A stretch of 63,483 nucleotides of DNA, the filler included, from Pirum gemmata (lineage: Eukaryota): NCBI GenBank assembly GCA_002812295.1. It is 9 parts of 9 records of this genome, joined end to end, with 100 filler letters (N's around TTAATTAATTAA, not from the genome) between each part and the next. Parts side by side here need not be neighbours in the genome. Positions count along the whole stretch, not along the records: positions 14,039 to 20,936 come from PDIN01000203.1; positions 21,037 to 27,889 come from PDIN01000204.1; 7 more parts are not named here. The stretch is one strand, 5' to 3'. The notes beneath the pieces were generated by a model. That model had not been told where the DNA came from and searched no databases. It saw only the letters and a program-made list of their open reading frames with translations. Made by a program: the position numbers and the translations under genes. Shown here one piece after another: positions 14,445 to 27,610 of this stretch. Position 1 is the first letter of the stretch; each line of letters opens with the position of its first letter.

Positions 14445-15542
14445 AATTCTCAGTATTTGATGTTACTTTATATGGAAAAGTCGAATTCTCCTACTGGTAT
14501 TTGTTGTTACTGTATATGGAAAACTCGAATTCTCCTATACCACATATGGATATAATACAATAACCAAATCACAATCACAAAAATGATTGGCTATAAGAAT
14601 ATATGATTATAATAATATATGTTTATTGGTTGAAAACATTACTAATCAGAAAAATTGAGCAGGCTAGTAGTCAGGGCTAGTAGCTAGGGGTTAGTAGTAG
14701 TTTTTCAACCAATAGATTTTAGTTTTTACAATTTTTTCTTGCTACTAGAGGTGAGTTTCGAGCTCGAGAAGAAGTGATTACGTCATATCAAGCTCGGAAC
14801 AGATTTAGAGGAAATAAGTAAAGGGCCTGAGGCCTGTGTGAGGATATGGGGTAAAGATAGTTTTGGTGAAAACAGTTATACTTTGAAAAGGTTGATTTCT
14901 TTAAAATGATTTTAAAAGATGTATAATTATAAAGGAAGTGAAATAGCATGTGTGTGAGGAAAAGAATGGTCAAAATTGTAATAATAACATACTCGCTAAT
15001 ATTTACTTGATAAAAATACTTTAGGGTTTAAATAATTATTTTCGCCACATAAGAATTTTCGCCACATAAGAACATAACGATTATAATACTATATCTGGAA
15101 TATAGTCTAAATCATTACTAAATTAGAAAATTTGAACAGGCTTCCAGTCAAATGCAGCTTCAAATACCCCTACCTACCTTCCCCTCCACGTTAATTTCCC
15201 GTCAAATACCAACTAACTACCTACCCCTTGACGTGACGTACTATTCTCCCAATTCTGCTCAATTTTAAAAATCGAGATTTCGAGTCTATCTATTAATTAA
15301 TAAGTTCGAAATGTTCAATCTTACAATTAAAAAAGTATCCAAATATATTTATTTCTATATATAGTAACATCACTTTAATTTGGAAAATAAATCTGATTTT
15401 TTATTGGGCTTCACTGTTTAAAAATTTAACAGTCAAGCTGAATAAAAAATTATAATTATTATTTTTCTTTTTCTTACCCCCTTTTTTACCTTTTTTTTGA
15501 CTCCCGTAGACTACTTTTTTTCGGAGTTTGTATTATAATATC

Positions 15543-15584
<42 letters not shown>

Positions 15585-18454
15585 TTAATAATTCACTTAT
15601 GTTATTTTTATTTTTATTTTATTATTCAACCATTAGACCTACCAGTAGACTATCGGTATCACCATACATTATTAATTAAACAACGATAAGACTAAAGAAT
15701 ATCATTATACTAAAACCTGCCAATTTAATCATTAAAGATGTGCAATTAAATTATTTACCTCACGTAGTTAATTTAATGAACGTTTCCAACGGGACTAAGT
15801 AGACTAGTCTAGCTAGCTAGAGTAAACTCTAGTTGATAGCTGGGCTATCATTGTGTAATGTGTAGGTGTGTAGGGGCTATCATCTATAGTGCTATAGTAC
15901 TGCTATACTACTGCTATAGTATAGTTATAGTATTGATAGTATAGTCTGATATAAGTGTACATGACTATATAAAATAATACTGAGCCCCTATACTGCTTTT
16001 ATTTTTGAACTGGCCACTGAGAACTGCCCATTTTGAATTTTTGAAAACCTCTTACAATTTGCAATAGATAGATTTCAGAGTGATTTCAGTTAGATTTCAC
16101 AAATTCACAATGAAATTTGCATTTTTTGATAGCCACCTGGAGAAAAATAGTAGAAAAATAAGTGAAAAATACTTGAAAAATACAGTTTTTAAAAATACTA
16201 GAAAAATAAGTAATAAGTGAAAAATAGTAGAAAAATAAGCTGAAAAATACTGGTAGTAAAAAATACCAAGTCTACTTCATTAGAACTTTCATTAGCTAAT
16301 ATATTAGCTACTTCATTGAAGTCCTTGAAAATAGTTTGAAATTACTAATAGACTAAAAATAGCTAGCTAGAAAAATACTAGAAAAATGCAGGAGTTCAAA
16401 CCTCAAACACTCCTCAAACAGTCCCTCAAACCTATTAGAACCTCAATTTTTGGTCTTCAAACGGTGAATCAAACCTCTAGTAGCTAGGAATTTGAACCAT
16501 CAGATAGTTTTGAAAGCTGTTTTGAAAGGGTTTTGAACTTGTGGGATTCAGAATGATTCAGACCAGACCATATTTGATTCGATCTATTCCTTTTTTTTTA
16601 TAAATACCTATTTCTAACCTATTATTACAGTATTATTACCTATTGTGAAAACGAACAATATTCTCCAAAATTAGCTATTTGTTGTCACAAAAGACTATAT
16701 ATAGATACTCTAAAACTAAATACAACTGACAACAGTAATGTCAGTTAGTCCTGTTGAGTCTTTTTTTTTTTTGCAACAGTTAGGTCTACTGTCAATTATT
16801 ATTTATTAGACAGCACAGTCAGCTAGTAGCTAGTCTCAGTCTCAGAGTGCCTCAGTCTATTATTTGATTAAAAAACTGTCGTACAAACTTCAAAGAAGAA
16901 TGAACATGATAATATTATCAAGAAGATGAATGGATTCACACCAGTACCATTATTATCGTTACTGTAATTTCTACTAATATTATCAACGCTTTTAGACGTA
17001 TAAATATAGTAGTTTATTTTAAAAACATTGGTATAATAGTGTATAATTATATACCTAATTCTGAAATTGATAATTTATTTATCCAATTATCGTTCCAAGA
17101 ACAACATTGCCTTACACCGGCCACTGTAGCTTTAAAAGCATAGAGTAAGACTAATACCAAAACGTCGACACCAGCATCTTGGTAGGTCTAGTATCATAGT
17201 AACTAAGAGTCATATAGCAATGCTGCAGACTTCTAATGTTTTTGAGGAATAAAAAATTTAGTCAAGAACAACTATTAATGTTGTCATTATTAAAATACAA
17301 ATAAATAAATTAGAATATATTAGAATATTATACTATATACTATAATATTCAGTACAAATTTCAATAGATTCACTCCCAATTTTTATTCCAGTTGTAAATC
17401 TTCCGCGTCATCATAAATAAAATATTATAGACTTAAATACTGTTCGTAATTATTATTATATTAAAATTATTAAAATATCCCTCACAGGAGAATCGAAGTC
17501 ACGAGAAGATTACATAATATTAATAATTATCGTGCTTTTTAGTTGTTTTGTCATCATATAATATACAATAAAGAGTACCAAATTAATACAATATAAATCA
17601 ATTTCATTTAATTTGGTATTCATTTAAAACAATGTAAATTAAAAAATTATAACCAACCAAATAGATATTCGGAGTGACAAAATAAATGAAAAGCGCTATA
17701 TTATATATAATAGTATAATAATAGTATATAATTATTATTGACATAAATTAATTATTAATAGACTAATAAGATAAATATTTGACGCTATCGATAGCTACTA
17801 CTTTGATTTGTAAGTTACTCTACTACGACTCTAGCTAGCTAGCTCTACGACCACGGGGACTTCAGGAAACTCGAGTAACTAAAACTTCAAAAACTAGCTA
17901 GCTATACGTCTACTTCAAGAAACAAGAAGTCCTTCTAATTTAGAAAAAGCAAAAATTAGGACAATGAAACAATCAAAAAAATTTAAAATGTAATCATGAA
18001 TCGATATTATTAAAATTATTATTATGATATAAATTAGCTTCAATCAGGGAGATCAATCCGGTCGGGCTGGGTCTGGAGTCCGACTCTGGACCGTCTGAAT
18101 ACCAACTTCCTAAGTGGTTTGGTATAGTTCAATGCTCACAGCAACCTCTACTCTTAGGGAACATTCATTTATGACGTCACTTTTAAACATACCTTTTTTT
18201 AGATTGCCATTGTAATGGCTTAGATTGAAAGATGAAAGCTTAGAAGTTTCACCTGATAGGTCAGATGGTGGAGGGGTCAGAGTGTTTATGAATCAAAATA
18301 GTTAGTAGGGACTACATGCCACGCACACCAAAGTGCACGCACGTGCTTCTAGGCACGTGCTTCGTTTACTACTGGGCTTGAATATATTCTACTAGCTTAC
18401 TGGTAGGTAGTCTAGCTAGAGTAGCTACTATTAATATTAATAATAGTAGTTATC

Positions 18455-19440
18455 ATGCTAATAATACCTTTATATCAGATAAGTTACTTCAACCAGTCTT
18501 CAACCCCTACAACAAAAAATCACAACCTTTTTTATCAACAACCAATTCACACAAGATAATATCAAAATATCCAAAAACAAAGGAGGCATCAACATGATCA
18601 AGGAGAAACGCCAACCTTATTTAAAAATTTCAACACATCTTCACATGCAACACAAATAACAATCATAACAAATCTTGCTGGTTACATTGCTTCCTCAGCA
18701 ACTTCAACTTACCCACAAACCAATCACATCATATTATAACTACAATCAAAATCTCACAATAAATATTAAAATTTAATGTACACAACGTTAATATTATCAA
18801 CAACACAAAGAACAATAAATTATTACCAACATGGATAATAGAAACGTTTAAAACCCTACAAAACATGATCCCAATACAAAACAACACAGGACAACTATTA
18901 AAACTAACATACAACCATCAAAATAACAACAACAATAAGTTTTTAACTACGAATTTTATTAATACGATATGAAACAAAATATCTTCATTAACCCATGGCC
19001 AATAATACAACAACAATATTAATTAATATAAAAATATATTAATATGTAAAATAGAAACAACAAAAACATTAATAGAAATATGCTCAAAGTCCGAATTAAA
19101 CCAATAATAATACCTCCAAATAGTTGGAATCTACAAAATTTAATGATTATGGCAAACAGTAGTATATGTGTTAGAAAACCTCAAAACAAAAACCTTTAAT
19201 GATAACAACCTAAACAACGTTAATTAATTAACCTTTACAATATAGAACAAAGTGAATGGGAAGAGAAAATTAAAAATAGAAGAATCAATTCAAAAAAACT
19301 ACTAAAATTCTAGAAAGTCTCATAATATGGATACTAACCCAAAGAAAACCAACAAGACAGTGGACGTCGAAAACCCAACCTTTTCAATGTATACATATTT
19401 ACATACAATACTGTTCCAAAGAATTTCCACCAGAAATCAA
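18455..19440 (+). pseudogene. Decayed 3' part of an L1/Tx1-like LINE ORF2, same family as 25590-27610
   Basis: Colinear with the reverse complement of about 26460-25680 (CAGATAAGTTACTTCAACC, ACCAATTCACACAAGA, AACCCAAAGAAAACCAACAAGACA); many stops and frameshifts. Confidence 0.8.
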
Positions 19441-20105
19441 ATTAAAAACCTTTGAACATAGGCAAGCCAGCAAGACCAGCTAGACTCTAGAATGGCTACC
19501 CTACATCACAAAAACATTGCATAATAAATCCGAATATAGATGACAAGTCCAACAATATCCACAACAACGACTACAATGTTAACGCTAATACAAAGTTTAT
19601 TTCTACAACAAAAAAACAATACAATTGCTCATCATAGACTATATTTTACGGTGTCTTTATGAAAAATACAGCTAGTGAAAACCAACTGACAATCAAATCA
19701 TTAACAGTTACTTATACATACCAAAGTATTATGAAACAAATCAACAAATTGCAACTTTATAACTAACCTCCTGCTCCTCCTTTTTTTATAATATAATAAA
19801 GGAAAGCAAAGTAACCTAATAATGCACTACTAGCTAGAGCTACTACTAGCTAGCTACTAGAGAGTAGAGACCCATATGAGTTCCCATACAATAGTATGTA
19901 TGCATAGTAGACCTAGTCTGATAGTATTGCATACCTATAGACCGGTCTACAACTTTATTATAATACATCATAATTATAAATATCGATACAAGAAGTTTCA
20001 TTATGATAAAAATTTTATTTATATAGACTAGCTAATTAGACTCTAATTAGTCTATAGAAGTCTATAGAACTTCTTTCTATATTCTTTCTATAGACTAATA
20101 TATTA

Positions 20106-20378
20106 GGGAGCGTTCAATAATTACGTAACGCTTGGGGGTAGGTAGGGGGGGTCGGATTTTTGTGACAGGCCGTGACGCAGTAGGGGGGTAGGTTTTCGTA
20201 ATATGACATAACGCAAAAAACCACTTTTTTGCTATATATATATATANGTACTATTTTTTCCAAATCGTTACGTCATAAGGGGTAGGTAGTCCTTCTCAAA
20301 CGTGACAGGCAGTTACATGGGGGGTAGTAGGGTAGGTTTTTGTCCCAAATCGGCGTTACGTAATTATTGAACGCTCCC
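20106..20378. mobile_element. PIF/Harbinger (Tourist-like) MITE with TTA target duplication; partial copy at 20872-20936
   Basis: TTA|GGGAGCGTTCAATAATTACGTAACGC ... GCGTTACGTAATTATTGAACGCTCCC|TTA: long perfect TIR, GGG..CCC ends, 3-bp TWA TSD. Confidence 0.9.
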
Positions 20379-20465
20379 TTATTATAAAAATACCAGAATA
20401 AATACAGCACTAATAAATAATACAGCCATGAAATAGCTCATAAAATCTAGAAATAGACATGAAAT

Positions 20466-20744
20466 AGGAGGGATGAGATGACGTCATCTTACTAATTGGA
20501 TGCTCGGACCGGCGAACTTCCAGAAATTTCCTAAAGTTACTATAAATAGTATAATAAACTCTTTTTAAAGTAACTACTTAAATAAGTAGCTANNNNNNNN
20601 NNNNNNNNNNNNNAGTAACTACTTAAATAAGTAGCTACTAAATAAATAATTACAAATACTAAATATGGTAAGGCGAAACAGGCGAACATCATTTACTTTG
20701 TGCCTCGGTCAAAAAAGTTCGCAATAATAGTTCTCACCCCTCCT
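20466..20744. mobile_element. MITE with AGGAGGG TIRs and 8-bp TSD (copy 1)
   Basis: CATGAAAT|AGGAGGGATGAGA ... TCTCACCCCTCCT|CATGAAAT; contains a small N gap. Confidence 0.9.
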
Positions 20745-22838
20745 CATGAAATACTGAAATACAGCAAAAAAAAACTAGCTAGGCAAAAAAAGTGCCTTTG
20801 CAGCTGAGCAGTTTACTACTACTACTAGCTAGTAGCTACTAGTAGATGATGGAGTCGATATTCTTCTCTTAGGGTGCGTTCAATAATTACGTAACGCCGA
20901 TTTGGGACAAAAACCTACCCTACTACCCCCCGTGTANNNNNNNNNNNNNNNNNNNNNNNNNNNNNNNNNNNNNNNNNNNNTTAATTAATTAANNNNNNNN
21001 NNNNNNNNNNNNNNNNNNNNNNNNNNNNNNNNNNNNTTTTATGATGACAAAACAAATGAAAAGCACTATATTAAATTATGATAAATTTTGTTGTCTACTT
21101 TTAAAAATAATAAATTTTGCTACTTTTTGTTTACTTTATTAATTTCCTGAAACGTCAATCTTGTAGAGTTAAATTTTTTTTAAAAAAATAAACATCATCA
21201 TCATCAGGCTGGATGTAAAGCATGTAATATCAATATCAGTGATACATTCCAGATTAACTTTTTTACAGCCAAGAACAAAGATAACAATAAAAGATAATCC
21301 AATCATAAAAAAAAAGGAAAAGGAAAAAAAGCAACACTGATCAAAAAACAAAAAACAACAAAACACTTGTTCAACCAACTTTAATTAACCACTGGTACTG
21401 CTCATTACATCCTGTTCATTGTCCTTTCATTGTATTTTTAACTCATCAATTAGTAGATTCAGTGGTGATTCAGTAGTTAGCAGTAATAGCAATCAAATCT
21501 CAAGCCAACACTGAAAGCTCCTTTTTAATAATTAATTAAAAAAAATCAAAAGAACAGAAAAACCGTAAACCTTGGTCACGTGAAAGAAACACTAAAGAAA
21601 CTAGTATTAGGTTCACAAACCTAGCTATAATCGTGCTAAACAACTAGTTAATCTCATCATAATTTTTAGATCGTGAATGTGAAAGCACAATATATATTAT
21701 ATTATACTCTTTTGAATCAATATGAACGGTAACCAACACTGTGTACATGTTATACCACACACCCAACTGCACCTACTAAGCTCCTACTAGCTAGCTAGCA
21801 GAGTATACTGAATACCAATACCAACAAAACCCAAATTATCTAAACAATAATGATAATATTGATTATTAAAAAAACTAAACATAAATGGATTAAAATTTAA
21901 TAATGCAGTAAATAATGTAAAAAATCGAAGAGATGGTGTGTTTGATATTGCAAATGTAAATATATATAGCCAATAAATATTAAATTGTGATGAATTATCA
22001 ATAATCATACACAAAGAATTAATGCAACTAATAATAACATAAAATGTAAAAACTGTGCAAAATAAACCATATCTTAAATTGGTTTTATTAACTAAAAGTG
22101 CACTAGTATAATTTATTTCAGAACCGGTTTTAACATATTGATTAAAATTATAAAAAATTATCCAAAATCCAATACATGTTACTATTTATCATAATATTAT
22201 GATATATTAATAGCAGTACATTTATAACTATTTCAACAAAATAATTTCAACTAATTTTGACCTACAATATACTTACAACCGCTTTCCTAGTTAGCATTTG
22301 CAAAGGTACCATTTTTTTTTTACTTTTTTAGTTCCTTCGGGGTTCTACGACTTCTATTTTTTTTTAATAAAAAATATTTTGTTTACCTGTAGTCACTGTA
22401 GTCACCCACCCTGCTGAGGGCCTTCTTCAGAGTTAGAACTGGATTTAGAGTCTTTTTAGACCCCATTTCTTGGGGTCTTTGAATTATCGAATGATAGTTT
22501 ATCATACATGTATGCATTAATATTGCATATACATTCATTATCATGTTTTTTTTAAAAAAAAGAAAGTTCAAGAGTATGCTTTGGCAGCTTTGAAGGTAGA
22601 CAGACAGACTATCATGAAAATTTAGAGGATCCTTGGATATTTCTCTTAGATATTTATCCCCACTCCATTGGCTTTCAATTCGTTAACTTTCTTTTTTAGG
22701 AACTTATTGTGAATCTAAGATGCTCTTTAGAATCTTAGATCTTTCAGCTAGACTAGCAGCTAGCTAGCTAGCTAGACTAGAGGCTAGCTAGCTAGAGCTC
22801 ACTGCAATTCAGGAGTCTACGTCATACAGACTCATACA

Positions 22839-23073
22839 AGGAGGGGTGAGAACTCTTATGGCGAACTTTTTTGACCGAGGCACAAAGTAAATGTTGTTCG
22901 CCTGTTTTGCCTTACCATATTTAGTATTTGTAATTATTTATTTAGTATCTACTTATTTAAGTAGTTACTTTAAAAAGAGTTTATTATACTATTTATAGTA
23001 ACTTTAGGCAAATTTCTGGAAGTTCGCCGGTCCGAGCATCCAATTAGTAAGATGACGTCATCTCATCCCTCCT
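22839..23073. mobile_element. MITE with AGGAGGG TIRs and 8-bp TSD (copy 2, inverted); third partial copy at 35183-35299
   Basis: CTCATACA|AGGAGGGGTGAGA ... TCTCATCCCTCCT|CTCATACA; near-identical to 20466-20744. Confidence 0.9.
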
Positions 23074-23987
23074 CTCATACAGTACTAGCTAGCTACTATC
23101 TAGACTAGTCTAGCTAGTAGCTATTCTCTAGTAGACAAGGAGAGTATCTGATAGACTACTAGTAGCTAGTAGTAGACCTGTGTATCATACTATCGATAGC
23201 TCAGCTGTATCATAGCAGACTGTAGGTTAGCTACCCTACTATGATAGCTAGCTAGTAGCTAGTAGCGCTAAATTCGAGTATCATAGCAGTATCATAGCTA
23301 TCATAGCTATCATAGCTATCATAGCTATCATAGCTACAATATTACCGGCATTATTATACTATTATTATCATAGCTCGTAGGTAAAAAGTAACTCAAGTTT
23401 CCCAAACTCTAGCTAGCTTATCATCGGCTGCTTATGATAGCAGCTACTAGAGATATGATAGTAAACTCTCGCACCCTTGCGTTTACAAAAAAAAAAGACA
23501 TGAGAGAAACTACTATGTCATAGACTAGTCTATGTATTTTTAATTTTAAAAAAGAGAGAAACCATCGTGCTTCTCAGTTGTTTTGTCATCATAAAATATA
23601 CAAAACAGAGTACCAAATTAATAAAATATAAATCCATTTTATTTAATTAGGTATATTTCATTATCTATTTATTTATTTAAAAAAGTCCATTTAAATATTA
23701 TAACCAACCAAATAAATATTTGGAGTGACAAAATAAATGAAAAGCATAATACTACTAGTAGCTAGCTACTAGCTCTAGCTCCACCTATCGATTGTCTAGC
23801 TACTGGATTTTCTAGCTAGAAGGCTATGATAGCTAGTAGCAGCTAGCTACTAGCTACTAGCTACTAGAGCTAGCTAGCTAGGTGAAAGTCCTGTGAAGTG
23901 TGAAATGGTGTGAAGTAGTGAATAGTGAAAAAGTAATCGAGTAGACTATATAAATAAGAACAAAAACACACGAAAAATAAAAAAAAA

Positions 23988-24047
<60 letters not shown>

Positions 24048-24158
24048 AAATAAAAACAGAAAGAAAGAATTACAATAAAACTATATTATATTATTAATTA
24101 ATTAAAAAAAAAAAAAGAAAAAATATCATAAAAAAGAAAAAAGAAAACTCAAATAATC

Positions 24159-25448
24159 ATGAAGTACTCCATCGTTTTCATTGCCAGTTCTTTGACTTTC
24201 GGTTCAAATGCTGTTCCCGTTGCTCAACCTTACACACAGCCTTCAAATGGTTATGATTATAAACCAAAACCAAAAGTTTATGAACTTCCTATCTACGAGG
24301 AAAAGCATATTGCCATTCCAAGTTATGAAATTAAGTATGACAATGTCACCACATACAAGCACGAATACAAAATGGTACACACTTTTGAAACGGTAAAAGA
24401 TAAAGTCAAAACTTGTAAAGTGGTCGAAAAGACTTGCAAAAGTTATGAACCTATTAAGAAAACAGTCAAGACTTATAAACCTAGAGAATTCGAGTATGAT
24501 TATTTGAAGCACAGCACTATCCAACTACCAATTTATGATAGTAAAAAAGTAAGCGTACCCACTTACAAAAAGGTGGACGTTGAAGTTGAGTACTCAGAGC
24601 CATTCACTAAAACAGTACACGAGTATGTGAAAAGACACAAACGTATTCCGATTTATGAACCGATTTATGAGTGCGTTAAAGATATTCAGTACGATTCCTA
24701 CCAACGAGAAAGTAATGGTCGTGGCTATGAGAATGGAAATAATAACAATTATGGTAAAGGTTATGGTGATGACTGTAAAAAGTTAGTTACTGGTTACAAA
24801 CTTGAACGCTATAAAACTGTGGAGGTTTGGGTTCCGGCCAAAAAGGAAATTAAAGATCATACCATCAAGCACAAAACTGTACCTTCTTATGATGTTGTTC
24901 ATGATAAGGTTTGGACCTATGATGTTGGCAAAGAGGCGGTAGAAGCATATAAAATAGAAAAGAAAAAAGCTATTACTTATGAAGAGGTAGATAAAGTTGT
25001 TCACCATTATAAGGAAGCAGATAAAACCGTAAAAGATTGTGTGCCCTCGTATGAAAAATTATGGAACTACAAGCCTAAAGAAGATAAGGTTAAAACTTAT
25101 GAAACCTTTAAAGTGCCTGTGCCTACGTTCAAAGTGAAAACTCACGATGTAACCACATTTGTGAGTCATTTCCAAAAAGTTGATGGTTTCAAAGGCACAT
25201 TACCAAAGGAGTTAATGAAATACGATACTCAATCACCACAACATGAATACGAGGAAAGTTATGGAGAATCTAATCCAGACTATCAAGAAGAACCACAGCC
25301 AGAACCAGAGTACCCAGAAGAACCAGAACCTGAATCAGAATACCCAGAAGAGCCAGAACCAGAACCAGAATATCCAGAAGAATCAGAACCAGAATATCCA
25401 GAAGAGCCAGAATATCCAGAAGAACCAGAATATCCAGAAGAGCCTTAA
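24159..25448 (+). CDS. Secreted K/V/Y/E/T-rich structural (probably wall or coat) protein with 10-residue periodicity and a C-terminal (PE)nYPEE tail
   Basis: 429-aa intronless ORF with a hydrophobic N-terminal signal, an aromatic residue every 10 positions and an acidic Pro-rich tail; TATAAATA at 23949. Confidence 0.85.
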   Translation: MKYSIVFIASSLTFGSNAVPVAQPYTQPSNGYDYKPKPKVYELPIYEEKHIAIPSYEIKYDNVTTYKHEYKMVHTFETVKDKVKTCKVVEKTCKSYEPIKKTVKTYKPREFEYDYLKHSTIQLPIYDSKKVSVPTYKKVDVEVEYSEPFTKTVHEYVKRHKRIPIYEPIYECVKDIQYDSYQRESNGRGYENGNNNNYGKGYGDDCKKLVTGYKLERYKTVEVWVPAKKEIKDHTIKHKTVPSYDVVHDKVWTYDVGKEAVEAYKIEKKKAITYEEVDKVVHHYKEADKTVKDCVPSYEKLWNYKPKEDKVKTYETFKVPVPTFKVKTHDVTTFVSHFQKVDGFKGTLPKELMKYDTQSPQHEYEESYGESNPDYQEEPQPEPEYPEEPEPESEYPEEPEPEPEYPEESEPEYPEEPEYPEEPEYPEEP

Positions 25449-25589
25449 TTCAGCAAAGAGCTCGAGTATACTATATTAAACAGATGATATAGGAATATAA
25501 CATTGATTCAATACAGTAGTTTTACTTTTCTATTTTTTTGACTAGCTTAATTTAAGATGCAAACATATGTATTTATGTATTTTTTTTTT

Positions 25590-27440
25590 TTAATTTTTAT
25601 CAATACTATGGCATAATAAAATGAAATTTTTCATAATAATTAAGACTTTTATTATAATGATATTATAATTATTTATATTGAAATTGAAAAGGTTGTTTTT
25701 TTCGATGTCCATTGTCTTGTTGGTTTTCTTTGGGTTAATATCCTTATGTGACTTTTTAAAAAATTTGGTAGTTTTTTTATATTGATTCTTCTGTTTGTGA
25801 TTATTTTTTCCCATTCTTTTTGTTCTATATTCCAAAGATTGTTGAGGTTGTTTTCATTAAAAGTTTTTGTTTTGAGTTTTTCTTCTATGTTCTTTATACT
25901 ATTGTTTGTCATGATTAATGGTAGGTTCCAGTTATTGGGAGGTGTTACTAGTGGTTTGGACTGTGAGCAAATTTCTATTATAGTTCTTTTTTTGGTATTT
26001 CATTGTATTGTTGTTGTATTGTTGGGCGATTGAATTTTTTTTGTTTTGTAGTTTAGTTTGTTGTTGTTGATATTTTGATAATTATAAGCTGATTTTAGGA
26101 TTTGTTGTGTGTTGTTTTGTATTGGAGTCTTGTTTTGTAGGTGTTGATTGTGTGAGTTATCCATGTTGGTATTGAATTATTGTTGTTTTTGTTGTTGATA
26201 ATGTTGTGTAGTGTGAATTTTTGAATGTAGTTTTGATGGTGTTGGTTTTTAAGTGTGTTGTAGTTATTTAGGAAGAAAGTTGACCAGCAAGAGTTTGTGG
26301 GGTTGTGTGATGTATTGCAGGTTGACATGTGTCGAAATTTTTAATAAGGTTGGCATTTCTCCTTGTTGTCTTGTGTGAATTGGTTATTGGTAAAAAAATT
26401 TGTGATTTTTTGCTGTAGGGGTTGAAGTAACTTATCTGGTATGAAGGTGTTAGCCATGGAGTATTGAGATTTTGCTATCATTAAAGTGTTGGCTAGATTC
26501 ATTCTCATATTGATAAAGCTTTCGTTTTTTTTATTGTTTCTATTACATTCATTATTTTCCTTTCCTAATTTTTTGTAGTTTTCTTCTTGACCTAACCCTA
26601 ACCCTAACCCTAACTCTAACCCTAACCCTAGGTTTCCCATTGTTTCTAATTTATATATTTTTTTGTTTATTCTTTAGAATGCCGCTTTCTCCTAATAGGG
26701 TTGACATTTTTTCCAAGTACATTGTTTTTGTTTTATCTTTGTTTAATTTGTAGCCACCAATGTTTTCGCTAAAACTTGTTATTATGTTGATTACGGTTTA
26801 AATGACTATTTCATTGTTGCCGAAGATATTTAAATCATCTGCATATACAGGGGGGGGGGTATTTTTTTGTAATAAGTTGGATTATAACTCTTAAAAGTTC
26901 TATATAAATAACAAAAAAATATGTTGACATTGGACACCCTTGTCTTATACTTCTTGTTGTTATTATAGGTGCTGTATAGAAGCCATTAATTTTGATGTGT
27001 ACTATGGAGTTTTCATATATTATTATAAATTCTTCTGGGAATCCAAAGGATTCTAGAATGTTATATAATAAGGACCATCTTGCTCTATCAAAAGCTTTTT
27101 CCATGTCAGTATTCAATAATATACTGTTGGGGTTATTGATTTCATGGTAAAAAAGTTGGGTTTCAATAAAAGATATTGTATCATTTATATTTCTTCCTGC
27201 TAATCCACATGTTTGGCCTGAGCTTATGATGTGGGGCATTACTTTGTATAGTTTATCTGCTATTGTAGCTGCAATGATTTTATAGTCGGTATTCATTAAA
27301 GTTATTGGTCTACAGTTTTTTAAATTTGATCTATCGTTCTTTTTAAATATTGGTAATATTATCCCTATATAAAATGATTGGGTGGTTTGTCGCCATTTTG
27401 GATGCTTATTATTTGGCTGATGTATTTTTTTATTTCATCC

Positions 27441-27473
<33 letters not shown>

Positions 27474-27610
27474 CTCAAGAGGTATGCCATCATACCCAGG
27501 GGCTTTTTTTCGATTCATTCTGTTTATTGTTATTTTTGTTTCTTCTATTATTGGTGTTGTTGTTAGTAGGTTTTTTAGTTTTTTTGGTATATTTTTGAAG
27601 TTTTGAGTTA
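25590..27610 (-). mobile_element. Degenerate non-LTR retrotransposon (L1/Tx1 clade) ORF2
   Basis: Fragments give KKAPGYDGIPLEIY, MNTDYKIIA, QTCG..GRNI.D, LNTDMEKAFDR and IRQGCPMS.YFF.IYIE.L, which are RT motifs of L1-type elements. Frameshifted and interrupted by (CA)n and telomeric repeats. A T-run at about 25580-25592 could be the poly(A) tail. Confidence 0.9.
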
